DNA from: an uncultured Anaerolineales bacterium
Lineage (GTDB): Bacteria; Chloroflexota; Anaerolineae; Anaerolineales; UBA11858
Direction: 5' to 3'
DNA length: 38,734 bases
Assembly (NCBI GenBank): GCA_964544065.1
Contig: CAZJBA010000003.1
Span: 1,563-40,296 of the forward strand
The notes under the pieces were generated by a model. The model did not search any database. It saw only the letters and a program-made list of their open reading frames with translations, and had not been told where the DNA came from. Shown piece by piece: positions 30,034 to 38,734 of the stretch. A program made the position numbers and the translations under genes. Numbering within the stretch: position 1 is the stretch's first letter; each line of letters starts with the position of its first letter.

Positions 30034-32310
30034 CTACGACTCCGGCTCTGGGGTGGCCTCTTCCTCTGGTTCAGGCTGGGCCAGCACACCCACCGAGGAT
30101 TCCCAGGGCAAGAGATAGGTGCGGCGGCCTTCGTAATATTGTTGTACCATGGCTCGGAAGATTGGGGCAGCCACTTCGGAGCCTTCGCCAGCGTACTCGC
30201 CGATCACGACGATGGCGATGTCGGGTTTGTCTTCACGGTTGCGGTCGGTGTAGCCCGCAAACCAGGCGTGCGAATCGCCGCCGCCGGATTCGGCTGTGCC
30301 TGTCTTCCCGGCGATGGGGATCGTATTGCGGCTGTAGGTGCCCATGACGGAATAAGCCGTGCCGCGGCGATTCCCCACCACACTGCCCATGGCATCCTGA
30401 ATCAGGGCCAGGTTATCCGGGCTGAGGGGTAACTCATCCTTGACGATGGCTTCAAACTCGCGCACGGGCTCCTCGCCGGACAGGCCAATCCGCGCGATGA
30501 TTTGGGGCTGGTAGATCGTGCCGCCGTTGCCAATCGCGGCGATGAATTGGGCTACTTGCAGCGGGGTCACCAAAGTAGCGCCCTGGCCGATGGCGCCATT
30601 GATGGCTTCAACTTCTTCGGTGGGATCTGGGATAAACCCAGGCTCCTCTTCCACACCTTCAATCCCCGTGATGCTCCCCAGTCCAAAGGCGCGTGCCATT
30701 TCGGAGATCGCGTCGGTCAGGCCCTGGCGGTACAAATCCAGGCCGATGTGCCAGAAATAGGGATTGCAGGAACGCATCAAGCCCTCCGGCAGCGTCAAGA
30801 TACCGCTGGGCTGAGTTATACATTCTCCCTCGGTGCGTAATTCTTCCTGGCAATGTTCCCAGGTCCAGTCATAGCGGGGCGAGATACCGGAGACTTCGGT
30901 GAATTCGTATTGGCAATCGTAGGTGGTTTCTGCGGTGTAGAGGCCGCTTTCCAAAGCTGCTGCCATGGTGATGATTTTGAAGACCGAGCCGAGCGGATAC
31001 TGTCCCTGGGTGGCCCGATTCAACAACGGTTGCCCGCTGTAGGGCGAATAGATGTCTTCCAGCAGGGCGGCTCTGTTGTAATTGTTGGGCTCGAACGCGT
31101 TGGGATCGAACCAGGGCGAGGAGGCCATAGCCAGAACGCGCCCGGTGTCCACCTCCATGATCACGACCGCACCGGCGTATTTTTGCAGGGCCGCCTCGGC
31201 TGCCATTTGCAAGTCGGCATCCAGGGTTGTGTAGATCGGTTGGGAGGGTTGTGCCGAGACATCGGCCATTTGGGTAACGACGTTGTTATCCTGGTCGAGC
31301 ACGTAGAGAGCGCCACCGCGATCCCCGGTCAGATATCCCTCGCCCCAGCGTTCAATCCCCTGGCGACCAACCAATTCGTCCCGGCTGTACCCGCGGCGCA
31401 ATAATTCTTCTTGCTCCTCGGCCTGAATGCGGGATACGTAGCCGATCGCTTGTGAAGCAATCCCATTGTTATGATAATAGCGGCCCTCATAGGGATACAT
31501 GATCAAGACACCGTCATCGTATCCATTTTCGATATTGTAATAACGCTCTACTCGCTCATAAAGCGCCTCCCCCAGCGGAAGGTACCAATCCACTCCCAAA
31601 GGAAAATCTTGGTACATCTTGGCGATCGCGTTGGGGTGCAGCCCGGTCAGCCATTGTAAGTCTTCAAGGAAATCTTCCTCTTGTTCCGGATCGATGTGTC
31701 CGGGCACAATTCCAATCGAAACGGCTTGGGCATGACTGACAAGAGCGGTTTCCTCGCGATCGTAGATATTGGCCCGGGCGGGGACATAGCGATCCATCCA
31801 CAGGGTGTTGCCCCCGGCCAGTTCGGGCAGGATCAAGTCATCCGTCCACTGGACGCGCCAGGCATTCTCTTCCAGGGTCAAATTCATGATGACATCGCGT
31901 TGAATCTCGCCCACCAAGACGCTGTGGAGCTTGATTTGATAGCTGACTTGCGCGCTGGATGTGTTTTCCACCAGGGAAGATAAAATTTCGTAAGATACCT
32001 CATCAATGGCCGCTTTGGACATCGCGTGGCGGTAGCGCTGGGCGAAGTCTTCTCCACTGACGGCATCCTGACTCAAGGGAGTCAGCATAGCGTACATGCT
32101 GGCGTAATCATCCTCGCCCCAGGCATCCAAATAGGAGCTGACGGTGTCCTCCGCGTCGGGGATGGGCGTGGGAGTTGGTTGTTCCGTTGGAGGGATTGGG
32201 GTTTGTGTGGCTCGTTCAGGTGGAGGGGTCTCGGTCGCCGCCGGGGCGATCGGGCGGCATCCGGCCAACATCAAGATCAAAAGTAGGAGAATCCAGGTTT
32301 GTCTTTTCAT
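30034..32310 (-). CDS. Class B penicillin-binding protein (PBP2-like transpeptidase) with lipoprotein signal and NTF2-like N-terminal domain
   Basis: Lipobox LAGC. SxxK (GSVFK), SxN (RSCNPYF) and KTG (GKTGTAE) are all present. The ATG overlaps the maf stop (ATGA). Confidence 0.9.
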   Translation of the reverse strand: MKRQTWILLLLILMLAGCRPIAPAATETPPPERATQTPIPPTEQPTPTPIPDAEDTVSSYLDAWGEDDYASMYAMLTPLSQDAVSGEDFAQRYRHAMSKAAIDEVSYEILSSLVENTSSAQVSYQIKLHSVLVGEIQRDVIMNLTLEENAWRVQWTDDLILPELAGGNTLWMDRYVPARANIYDREETALVSHAQAVSIGIVPGHIDPEQEEDFLEDLQWLTGLHPNAIAKMYQDFPLGVDWYLPLGEALYERVERYYNIENGYDDGVLIMYPYEGRYYHNNGIASQAIGYVSRIQAEEQEELLRRGYSRDELVGRQGIERWGEGYLTGDRGGALYVLDQDNNVVTQMADVSAQPSQPIYTTLDADLQMAAEAALQKYAGAVVIMEVDTGRVLAMASSPWFDPNAFEPNNYNRAALLEDIYSPYSGQPLLNRATQGQYPLGSVFKIITMAAALESGLYTAETTYDCQYEFTEVSGISPRYDWTWEHCQEELRTEGECITQPSGILTLPEGLMRSCNPYFWHIGLDLYRQGLTDAISEMARAFGLGSITGIEGVEEEPGFIPDPTEEVEAINGAIGQGATLVTPLQVAQFIAAIGNGGTIYQPQIIARIGLSGEEPVREFEAIVKDELPLSPDNLALIQDAMGSVVGNRRGTAYSVMGTYSRNTIPIAGKTGTAESGGGDSHAWFAGYTDRNREDKPDIAIVVIGEYAGEGSEVAAPIFRAMVQQYYEGRRTYLLPWESSVGVLAQPEPEEEATPEPES

Positions 32311-32963
32311 AACGTTTCTCTTAAAATTGTTTCATAGACCGGGCATTGATACTTCAAATCAGACTGGCAAGCAGCGGGAACGTCGACGTTGGGCTTCAGG
32401 CCCATGTGCGCCAGTGTGCGCGTCAGGTGGCAAAGGGGTAAACCAACCACGTTGGCAAAGCAGCCCTGTAAATCAGGCGCGGGGTCAAAGCCCTCATGTT
32501 GGACCGCGTACGCGCCGGCTTTATCGAGGGGATCGCCGCTTGCGATGTACATACGCATTTCGGCATCGCTGTACGAGCGCATGGGCACATCCGTGGCGCT
32601 GAGATCGGTCAACAAGCGGTCCTGGCCGGGTTGAAAAACGGCCAGCGCTGTGTAAACTTGATGCTCTCGCCCGCGCAGGCGACGCAACATCTCCTCGGCT
32701 TCTGCCTCGTCTTGGGGCTTGCCCAGGAGTTCATCATCATCATCGACGACGGTTGTGTCCGCGGCGATGATGACGGAATCGGCGTTCCGCTGTCCTCCGG
32801 CAGTGAGGGCCTTCCGCTCTGCCAGGCGCAGCACGTAGGCTCGCGGCGCTTCGCCGGGGAGCACATCTTCGTTCACATCGGTGGGAGCAACTTGAAAGTT
32901 CCAACCCATCAACCCCAACAAATAACGCCGTCGCGGGGATGTAGAAGCTAAGATGAATTTCAT
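32307..32963 (-). CDS. maf: Maf-like nucleoside triphosphate pyrophosphatase
   Basis: MKFILASTSPRRRYLL...DTTVV...GKP...DKAGAYAVQ. I use ATG 32963. It has a C-terminal Cys-containing extension of about 35 aa. Confidence 0.85.
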   Translation of the reverse strand: MKFILASTSPRRRYLLGLMGWNFQVAPTDVNEDVLPGEAPRAYVLRLAERKALTAGGQRNADSVIIAADTTVVDDDDELLGKPQDEAEAEEMLRRLRGREHQVYTALAVFQPGQDRLLTDLSATDVPMRSYSDAEMRMYIASGDPLDKAGAYAVQHEGFDPAPDLQGCFANVVGLPLCHLTRTLAHMGLKPNVDVPAACQSDLKYQCPVYETILRETL

Positions 32964-33139
32964 GTCTTTTTTATGGTGATTCTGTTGGTGCAAGGGTAAA
33001 ATGGTGCCTAGATGATTCTATCACATTTTGGCCATCCTTCTTTATAGTACAATCAACTCATCTTTTTATTGAGAAGTTGCTGGTTCTGACGGAATTTGTG
33101 GCGATCCCGACAGCTTTATTCCCCACAGCAGGAGGTTCT

Positions 33140-33709
33140 ATGGAAGCACTCAAAAAACGCATTCTCGCAGAAGGTCAAAATCTAGGCGACGGCATTCTCA
33201 AGGTCGATAGCTTTGTTAACCATCAGGTCGATCCTGCTCTGATGCACGAGGCCGGGCGGGAGTTTGCGCGCATCTTTCACGATGTGGATGCCACCAAAAT
33301 CCTGACCGCCGAAATTTCGGGCATCGCTCCGGCGGTGACAGCCGGGTATCACATGGGCATCCCCGTGGTTTACGCCCGCAAGCACAAACCCGTCACCATG
33401 CCCAACCAGGTTTTGCTCACCCTGGCGCCATCGCACACCAAAGGCCGTACCGTCGAACTGATCGTCTCGCCTGAGTATCTCTCCAACGGCGAGCGCGTTC
33501 TTATTATTGACGATTTTCTGGCCAGCGGCGCTACCATTCTCGGCCTGGTTCGCTTGGCCGAAACGGCCGGCGCGGTGGTGGTCGGCATCGGCACCTTGAT
33601 CGAAAAGGCCTTCGAGCCTGGCCGCCAAAAACTGGAGCAGTTGGGCGTCCCCGTGCGCTCCCTGGTGGCGGTCAAAGCGATGCACGGTGACGACATTGTC
33701 TTTGTTTAA
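33140..33709 (+). CDS. xpt: Xanthine phosphoribosyltransferase
   Basis: MEALKKRILAEGQNLGDGILKVDSFVNHQVDP is the typical Xpt N-terminus. PRPP loop VLIIDDFLASGAT. AGGAGG lies upstream of ATG 33140. Confidence 0.9.
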   Translation: MEALKKRILAEGQNLGDGILKVDSFVNHQVDPALMHEAGREFARIFHDVDATKILTAEISGIAPAVTAGYHMGIPVVYARKHKPVTMPNQVLLTLAPSHTKGRTVELIVSPEYLSNGERVLIIDDFLASGATILGLVRLAETAGAVVVGIGTLIEKAFEPGRQKLEQLGVPVRSLVAVKAMHGDDIVFV

Positions 33710-33712
33710 GCC

Positions 33713-35293
33713 ATGCACGACACAATCGCTATCCTCGATTTTGGTTCCCAATACTCCCAACTCATCGCCCGGCGGGTGCGCGAGCAGCACGTCTATTGCG
33801 AACTCCACCCCTGGGACACCCCCTCGGACCAGGTCGTCTCTCCCCAAATTAAGGGATTCATCCTCTCCGGCGGGCCTGCTTCGGTCTACGCGCCGGAAGC
33901 TCCCCAGATTCCGGCTTATGTGTTGGAATCGGGATTGCCCGTTTTAGGGATTTGCTACGGGATGCAGGCCCTGACTCACGCCCTGGGCGGAGATGTCGCC
34001 CCCGCGGCCGAACGAGAATACGGTCTCGCTCGGGTGAGGGTTCTGACCCCGAATCCGTTACTGCCCCCGGGAGAGCACGACGTTTGGATGTCCCACGGCG
34101 ACCGGATTGAATCCCCGCCCGCCGGATTCACGCCCTTGGCCGCCACCAAAAACGCGCCCATCGCCGCGCTGGGGGACGTCGGCCGCGGCTATTTCGGCGT
34201 CCAATTTCACCCCGAAGTCCGCCACACGCCCCACGGAGCGGAGATGCTGCGCCGCTTTGTGGTCGAGGTTTGCCAGGCTACCCCCGATTGGACTCCGGCT
34301 TCGATCATCGCCGAGAGCGTGGAGCAGATCCGCGCTCAAGTCGGCGACCGGCGGGTTTTGTCAGCCATCAGCGGCGGGATCGATTCCAGCGTGGCGACCA
34401 CCCTGGTGCACCGCGCCGTCGGCGATCAACTGGATGCCATTTTCGTCGACAACGGCCTGTTGCGCAAAGGCGAGCCCCAGCAAGTAGTAACGACCTTCCG
34501 CGACCAGATTGGGGTGCGCTTGCACCCGGTCAACGCGGTGGAAACCTTTCTGGACGAACTTGCTGGCGTCACCGATCCCGAGGCTAAACGGCGTATCATT
34601 GGCGAGCGTTTCATCCGGGTTTTCGAGCGGCAGGCCGAAAAGCTTGGCATGCCCGACTTCCTGGTGCAGGGCACCATCTATCCCGACGTGGTCGAATCCA
34701 GCGCCCCCGACCGGGCCCAGGCTGCCCGCATCAAAACGCATCACAACGTCGGCGGCCTGCCCGAACACATGCACTTCGAGTTGATCGAGCCGCTGCGTTA
34801 CCTGTTCAAAGACGAAGTCCGCGCTGTCGGCGAGGCCCTGGGCCTGCCCGACGCGATCGTCTGGCGGCAACCCTTCCCCGGGCCCGGCTTGGCCGTCCGT
34901 TGCCTGGGCGAGGTCATCTGGGAGCGCTTGGAACGATTACGCGCCGCCGATGCCATTTTCACCCAGGAATTGGCCGCTGAGGGCCTCTTGCGTATGCACT
35001 CGCCCGATGATTCCAACGCTGGCGGCGAAGAGCTGACCAGAGGTACGGCGCAGGCCTTCGCCGTGTTGCTGCCGATCCAATCGGTGGGCGTGATGGGCGA
35101 CCAACGCACCTACCAGGAAACGGTTGTCCTGCGGGCGGTCACCAGCGAAGATTTCATGACCGCCGACTGGGCCCGCTTGCCCCTTGATCTGCTTGCCCGC
35201 ACGGCCAATCGCATCGTCAACACGGTCGAGGGCGTCAACCGGGTCGCCTACGACATCACCAGCAAACCCCCGGGCACGATCGAGTGGGAGTGA
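33713..35293 (+). CDS. guaA: GMP synthase (glutamine-hydrolysing)
   Basis: GATase domain (GICYGMQ), PP-loop SGGIDSSV, and the C-terminal dimerisation domain ending PPGTIEWE. Confidence 0.95.
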   Translation: MHDTIAILDFGSQYSQLIARRVREQHVYCELHPWDTPSDQVVSPQIKGFILSGGPASVYAPEAPQIPAYVLESGLPVLGICYGMQALTHALGGDVAPAAEREYGLARVRVLTPNPLLPPGEHDVWMSHGDRIESPPAGFTPLAATKNAPIAALGDVGRGYFGVQFHPEVRHTPHGAEMLRRFVVEVCQATPDWTPASIIAESVEQIRAQVGDRRVLSAISGGIDSSVATTLVHRAVGDQLDAIFVDNGLLRKGEPQQVVTTFRDQIGVRLHPVNAVETFLDELAGVTDPEAKRRIIGERFIRVFERQAEKLGMPDFLVQGTIYPDVVESSAPDRAQAARIKTHHNVGGLPEHMHFELIEPLRYLFKDEVRAVGEALGLPDAIVWRQPFPGPGLAVRCLGEVIWERLERLRAADAIFTQELAAEGLLRMHSPDDSNAGGEELTRGTAQAFAVLLPIQSVGVMGDQRTYQETVVLRAVTSEDFMTADWARLPLDLLARTANRIVNTVEGVNRVAYDITSKPPGTIEWE

Positions 35294-35297
35294 TTTC

Positions 35298-35326
35298 TAG
35301 ACCCTCAACCCCTCTTCGGCTATAAT
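35298..35326 (+). promoter_or_regulatory. Promoter positioned for a leaderless trmD mRNA (TAGACC - 17 - TATAAT - 6 nt - ATG)
   Basis: TAGACC 35298-35303, TATAAT 35321-35326, then GCCAGC, then ATG at 35333. No SD sequence. Confidence 0.55.
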
Positions 35327-35332
35327 GCCAGC

Positions 35333-36073
35333 ATGCGATTTGATCTTTTTTCCCTTTTCTCCGAAACGCTGAAACCCTATCTGAGCAGCAGCATTCTCCA
35401 ACGCGCCCAGGAGAAAAATCTGATTCAGGTTCATCTGCACGACATCCGTGATTGGACCATGGACAAGCACCACGTCACCGACGAGCCTCCTTACGGTGGC
35501 GGTGGCGGCATGGTGATGAAGCCGGAACCGATTTTCGCCGCCGTGGAGGATATTGTCGGCGCACCGCCTACTTGCCCCGTGGTGTTGCTCACCCCTCAGG
35601 GACGGGTATTCAACCAGGTCATGGCGCGCGAGTTGGCCGTGCAGCCGCGCCTGGCCCTGATCGCCGGCCGCTACGAAGGCGTCGACGAGCGCGTCCGCCA
35701 ACATCTGGTCACCCATGAAGTCTCGATCGGCGATTATGTCCTCACCGGGGGAGAGCTTCCCGCCCTGGTGGTGATCGACGCGGTCACCCGCCTGATCCCC
35801 GGCGTGTTGGGCGACCCCGACGCCCCCAGCCAAGACTCCCATGCCGATGGTTTGCTCGAGCATCCTCACTACACCCGCCCGGCCAAATTCCGCGGCTGGA
35901 AGGTTCCCGATGTGCTGCGCGGCGGAGTCCACGCTCGCATCGAAAAGTGGCGGCGGCAACAATCGCTGCGACGCACCTGGCAACGCAGGCCGGAGTTACT
36001 CGAAGAGACCTATCTTTCTGAGGAAGACCTCGCCTTCCTGGAAAGCTTGAAGAACGAAGAGAGTAAAAAGTAG
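35333..36073 (+). CDS. trmD: tRNA (guanine37-N1)-methyltransferase TrmD
   Basis: [11 protein letters not shown]...; [17 protein letters not shown]; [10 protein letters not shown]; [14 protein letters not shown]. Confidence 0.95.
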   Translation: MRFDLFSLFSETLKPYLSSSILQRAQEKNLIQVHLHDIRDWTMDKHHVTDEPPYGGGGGMVMKPEPIFAAVEDIVGAPPTCPVVLLTPQGRVFNQVMARELAVQPRLALIAGRYEGVDERVRQHLVTHEVSIGDYVLTGGELPALVVIDAVTRLIPGVLGDPDAPSQDSHADGLLEHPHYTRPAKFRGWKVPDVLRGGVHARIEKWRRQQSLRRTWQRRPELLEETYLSEEDLAFLESLKNEESKK

Positions 36074-36093
36074 GTAACCGCTCAGACGTGTAG

Positions 36094-36113
36094 GGCAGGT
36101 ATCCTTACCTGCC
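36094..36113 (+). other. Perfect 8-bp hairpin ending 4 nt before the rluA-family start codon
   Basis: GGCAGGTA (36094-36101), TCCT, TACCTGCC (36106-36113). Then GAAA and ATG at 36118. No U-tail and no SD sequence. Confidence 0.5.
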
Positions 36114-36117
36114 GAAA

Positions 36118-36792
36118 ATGCTGACCATGACCCCAAAGCCATCTATTCTATACCGCGATGAAGCCCTGTTGGTTGTCGCTAAACCGGCAGGATTGTTGTC
36201 TTTACCCGACGGCTACGATCCCGATAAGCCCTATTTGCAAAGCCTGCTGGAACCGGCGTGGGGGCGCCTGTGGATGGTTCATCGCCTCGATCGCCCTGCC
36301 AGTGGCGTGCTCGTCCTGGCCCGCAGCGCCGATGCTCACCGCCATCTCAATGGCCAATTTGCCCGCCGTCAGGTCAGCAAAATCTATCATGCTCTGGTGA
36401 CCGGCAAGCCAGCCTGGGAGGCCAACAAGGTCACGCTGCCGCTGCGGGCCAACGTCGGCCGCCGCAACCGCACAGCCGTGGATCACAGCCAGGGCAAATC
36501 GGCCAGCACCCAACTGAGGGTCTTGGAAACATTCAATCAGCACGCCCTGGTGGAAGCGTGTCCCGCTACGGGACGCCGTCATCAAATTCGGGCCCATCTT
36601 TACGCCCGAGGCCACCCGATCCTCTCCGATTCCCTCTACGGTACCGGAGAGATTTCACCGCTGATCGACCGCCTGGCGCTGCACGCCCGCTCCTTGCAGT
36701 TTAGCCATCCCCAAACCCAAGAGAGCGTTTGTTTCGAGGCACCCTATCCCGCCGATTTCAGCGCTGCCCTGCGCAAATTGGATTTCAAGTGA
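36118..36792 (+). CDS. RluA-family pseudouridine synthase
   Basis: ILYRDEALLVVAKPAGL and the catalytic HRLDRPASGVLVLAR. An alternative ATG lies at 36127. Confidence 0.85.
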   Translation: MLTMTPKPSILYRDEALLVVAKPAGLLSLPDGYDPDKPYLQSLLEPAWGRLWMVHRLDRPASGVLVLARSADAHRHLNGQFARRQVSKIYHALVTGKPAWEANKVTLPLRANVGRRNRTAVDHSQGKSASTQLRVLETFNQHALVEACPATGRRHQIRAHLYARGHPILSDSLYGTGEISPLIDRLALHARSLQFSHPQTQESVCFEAPYPADFSAALRKLDFK

Positions 36793-36916
36793 TCGTAACC
36801 CTAGACACGATTGATTTGGGACGCTGATTCACACAGATTTTCATGATCTTTTGGACTTTTTGCTTCGCTATTTCCCTCTTCTTGGATTCAACTGGTAGAC
36901 AACTTGTTAAATAATT

Positions 36917-36944
36917 GAGAGCCGGGTTTGCCAGCCCGGCTCTC
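36917..36944 (-). terminator. Strong GC hairpin, possible terminator for murJ
   Basis: GAGAGCCGGG (36917-36926) pairs with CCCGGCTCTC (36935-36944). On the minus-strand RNA it is followed by AAUUAUUUAAC. On the plus strand no U-run follows. Confidence 0.45.
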
Positions 36945-37151
36945 TCTAAGGAGGAGAAGAAGAGAAATTGCCCTTCGCTTATGATAATAGCAGGTTCTCC
37001 TCTGGCTTGCATGACGCAAACCCTACGACAGCCCTACAGAAACCCCACACGATTGTTAGAATCGCATAAGAAGGGAGAAAACTCGAAAATTTGGCCTCAA
37101 TTGGGCTTTTTCCTGTTCCAACCCGTCTTTATCTGTGGACAAAGATATAGA

Positions 37152-38734
37152 TCAAGCGCGGCCAATTAATCGAGCGACACGTCGTCGAACGATGGCAATG
37201 CCTTCGTGAACCTCATCAACGCCTAAAAACAAGGCGACCAGCCCATAAACAAGTCCCCCCAACGCGATTCCAACGACTGCCACGAACCAGACGGGAGCAT
37301 CTCCCATCAGGAATAACCAGCCCCATAAGGTCACAGCCATGGATGCGGCTGCGAAAGCAGCTTGCAGCCCGCAGCGTAGCACGCGCCGACCCTCGATCCC
37401 GTTCAGGCGGCGGCGCATTAAGACCAATAGGGCGACGGTTTCCAATCCGGTCGCCAGCGAGTTGGCCAGCGCCAGGCCGCCATGCGGCATCCAGCCGAGG
37501 CGCTCAAACAGGGCCGCGAAGGCAAAGCTGAAAATCACGTTCAGGCTCATCGCCGTTGCGCCCACCAGCACAGGCGTGCGTGTGTCGTGGAGGGCGTAAA
37601 AAGCGCGCGCCAGCACCTCCATGACCGAGTGGCCCACCAGGCCGGCGGCGTACCACAACAGCGCCCAGGCGACCAACGCCGTCGAGCGGGCGGTGAATTC
37701 GCCGTGTTGGTACAGCAGGCCAATGATCGGTCTCCGCAACAGAATCAGACCCACCGAGGCGGGAACGGAGAGCAACAACACCCCGCGCAGGCTGGAGGCC
37801 AATGAAGCGCGCACATCGTCGAGGGCGTCGCGGGCGTATTGGGCCGCCAGCGTGGGCATCGCCGCGGTGGCGATCGATTGGGCGATGGCCGCTTGGGGCA
37901 TCAACATGAGGATGAAAGCGAAGGTCACCCCGGTGACGCTGCCATCCGGCATTTGGGAGGCCAGCCGGATGTTGACCCAAAAGTTGAGTTGCACCACGGC
38001 CACCCCTAGCAGGCGTGGTCCCATCAACCGTACCACCTCCCGCACGGGGGCTAATTTGATCCCCAAAATGGGTTGATAGCGGAGGCCCTGTTTGTACAAA
38101 GCCGGAAGCTGTAAAAGCAAGTGTGCCGCGGCTCCCAAGACCACGCCCCAGGCCAAACTGTCAATGCCCATGCGCGGAGCCAACACTGTGACCCCAAAGA
38201 TCATCCCAATTTGATACATCGACGGCGTCAGCGCGGGGATGAAAAAGATCTGGTTCGAGTTGAGAATCCCCATCACCAGGCCGCTCAACCCGAAAATCAC
38301 TGCCGAGGGCAGCATCAGGCGGACGAGATGGATGGTCAGCGCTTCTTGCGCGGGATCGGCGGCGAAGCCTGGGGCCAGAATATGGCGCACAACCGGGCGA
38401 GCAAACACGGCGATCAGCAAGCTAAAAGCGGACAAAACGATGAAAACCCAGTTCCCCACCGCTGAGGCCAGTTGCCAGGCCTGCGCCCGCTTTTCTTTGG
38501 CCAGCAACCCGGTAAACGTGGGGATAAAGGCCGATCCCAGCGCGCCTCCGGCGACCAGGTTGAACAATGTCTCGGCGACGCGGTTGGCCGCGTTGAAGGC
38601 GTCCATCTGAGGGCTGGTACCGAAGGCGTTGGCGACCAGAATCTGGCGGACAAGGCCGGTCAATTGGCTGAAAATCAGGGCGACCATGACCAGCCCGGCG
38701 GCCCGGGCAATCTGGCGTCCGGCGGAAGGTTTTG
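37152..38734 (-). CDS. murJ: Lipid II flippase MurJ (MviN); the N-terminus extends beyond the right window edge
   Basis: The frame stays open upstream of the listed ATG 38687 (..KPSAGRQIARAAGLVMVALIFSQLTGLVRQILVANAFGTSPQMDAFNAANRV), which matches the MurJ N-terminal signature. About 14 TM helices. Confidence 0.9.
   Translation of the reverse strand, partial: KPSAGRQIARAAGLVMVALIFSQLTGLVRQILVANAFGTSPQMDAFNAANRVAETLFNLVAGGALGSAFIPTFTGLLAKEKRAQAWQLASAVGNWVFIVLSAFSLLIAVFARPVVRHILAPGFAADPAQEALTIHLVRLMLPSAVIFGLSGLVMGILNSNQIFFIPALTPSMYQIGMIFGVTVLAPRMGIDSLAWGVVLGAAAHLLLQLPALYKQGLRYQPILGIKLAPVREVVRLMGPRLLGVAVVQLNFWVNIRLASQMPDGSVTGVTFAFILMLMPQAAIAQSIATAAMPTLAAQYARDALDDVRASLASSLRGVLLLSVPASVGLILLRRPIIGLLYQHGEFTARSTALVAWALLWYAAGLVGHSVMEVLARAFYALHDTRTPVLVGATAMSLNVIFSFAFAALFERLGWMPHGGLALANSLATGLETVALLVLMRRRLNGIEGRRVLRCGLQAAFAAASMAVTLWGWLFLMGDAPVWFVAVVGIALGGLVYGLVALFLGVDEVHEGIAIVRRRVARLIGRA

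Noticed and set aside
32994-33139. Possible purine (guanine) riboswitch upstream of xpt
   Set aside because: Guanine riboswitches often precede xpt in Firmicutes. Here I could not find the conserved junction and loop sequences (UAUA...GAUAUGG...GUUUCUACC...CCGUAAA...GACUA) or the three-stem layout.

Overview
This is a 38.7-kb chromosomal window from a moderately high-GC bacterium. PT/E-rich linkers, RodZ, SEDS/PBP genes, MutS2, a tandem-FHA protein and leaderless-looking genes suggest Chloroflexota or a relative, but that is inference only. I support about 32 protein genes. I saw no rRNA, tRNA, CRISPR array, transposase or integrase. Most content is housekeeping:
- Cell envelope: murJ, a SEDS-PBP-like fusion, a class B PBP, rodZ, maf.
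- Translation: rplI, rsgA, rsmG, trmD, an rluA-family gene.
- Purine metabolism: xpt, guaA.
- DNA metabolism: recF, mutS2.
- Carbon metabolism: glpX, a phosphohexomutase, a fumarate hydratase alpha subunit.
- Transporters: EamA, SulP-STAS-rhodanese, a UMF1-type MFS.

Observations worth a second look:
1. A translationally coupled minus-strand cassette at 1314-4754: Zn-ribbon, tandem-FHA protein, M50 site-2 protease, ECF sigma, then a soluble protein with an NHLP-leader-like tail. The protease carries a PqqD/RRE-like domain and repeated T-x-x-[I/L] motifs. An M16 peptidase follows. This is the best candidate for an undescribed signalling or processing system.
2. An AhpE-like peroxiredoxin fused to a glutaredoxin-like domain. 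An in-frame TGA sits exactly at the peroxidatic Cys position, so this is a probable selenoprotein.
3. Several non-coding repeat families: opposed 7-8-nt microsatellite arrays, a two-copy ~90-nt structured element, a 22-nt motif present 8 times, and a ~336-bp foldback MITE-like element.
4. A SEDS glycosyltransferase fused to a PBP-like domain that lacks all three transpeptidase motifs.
5. A recurrent TATAAT-N6/7-ATG geometry implying leaderless mRNAs. One such promoter is orphan and lies back-to-back with the rplI promoter.

All family assignments come from motif recognition by eye and need HMM/BLAST confirmation.
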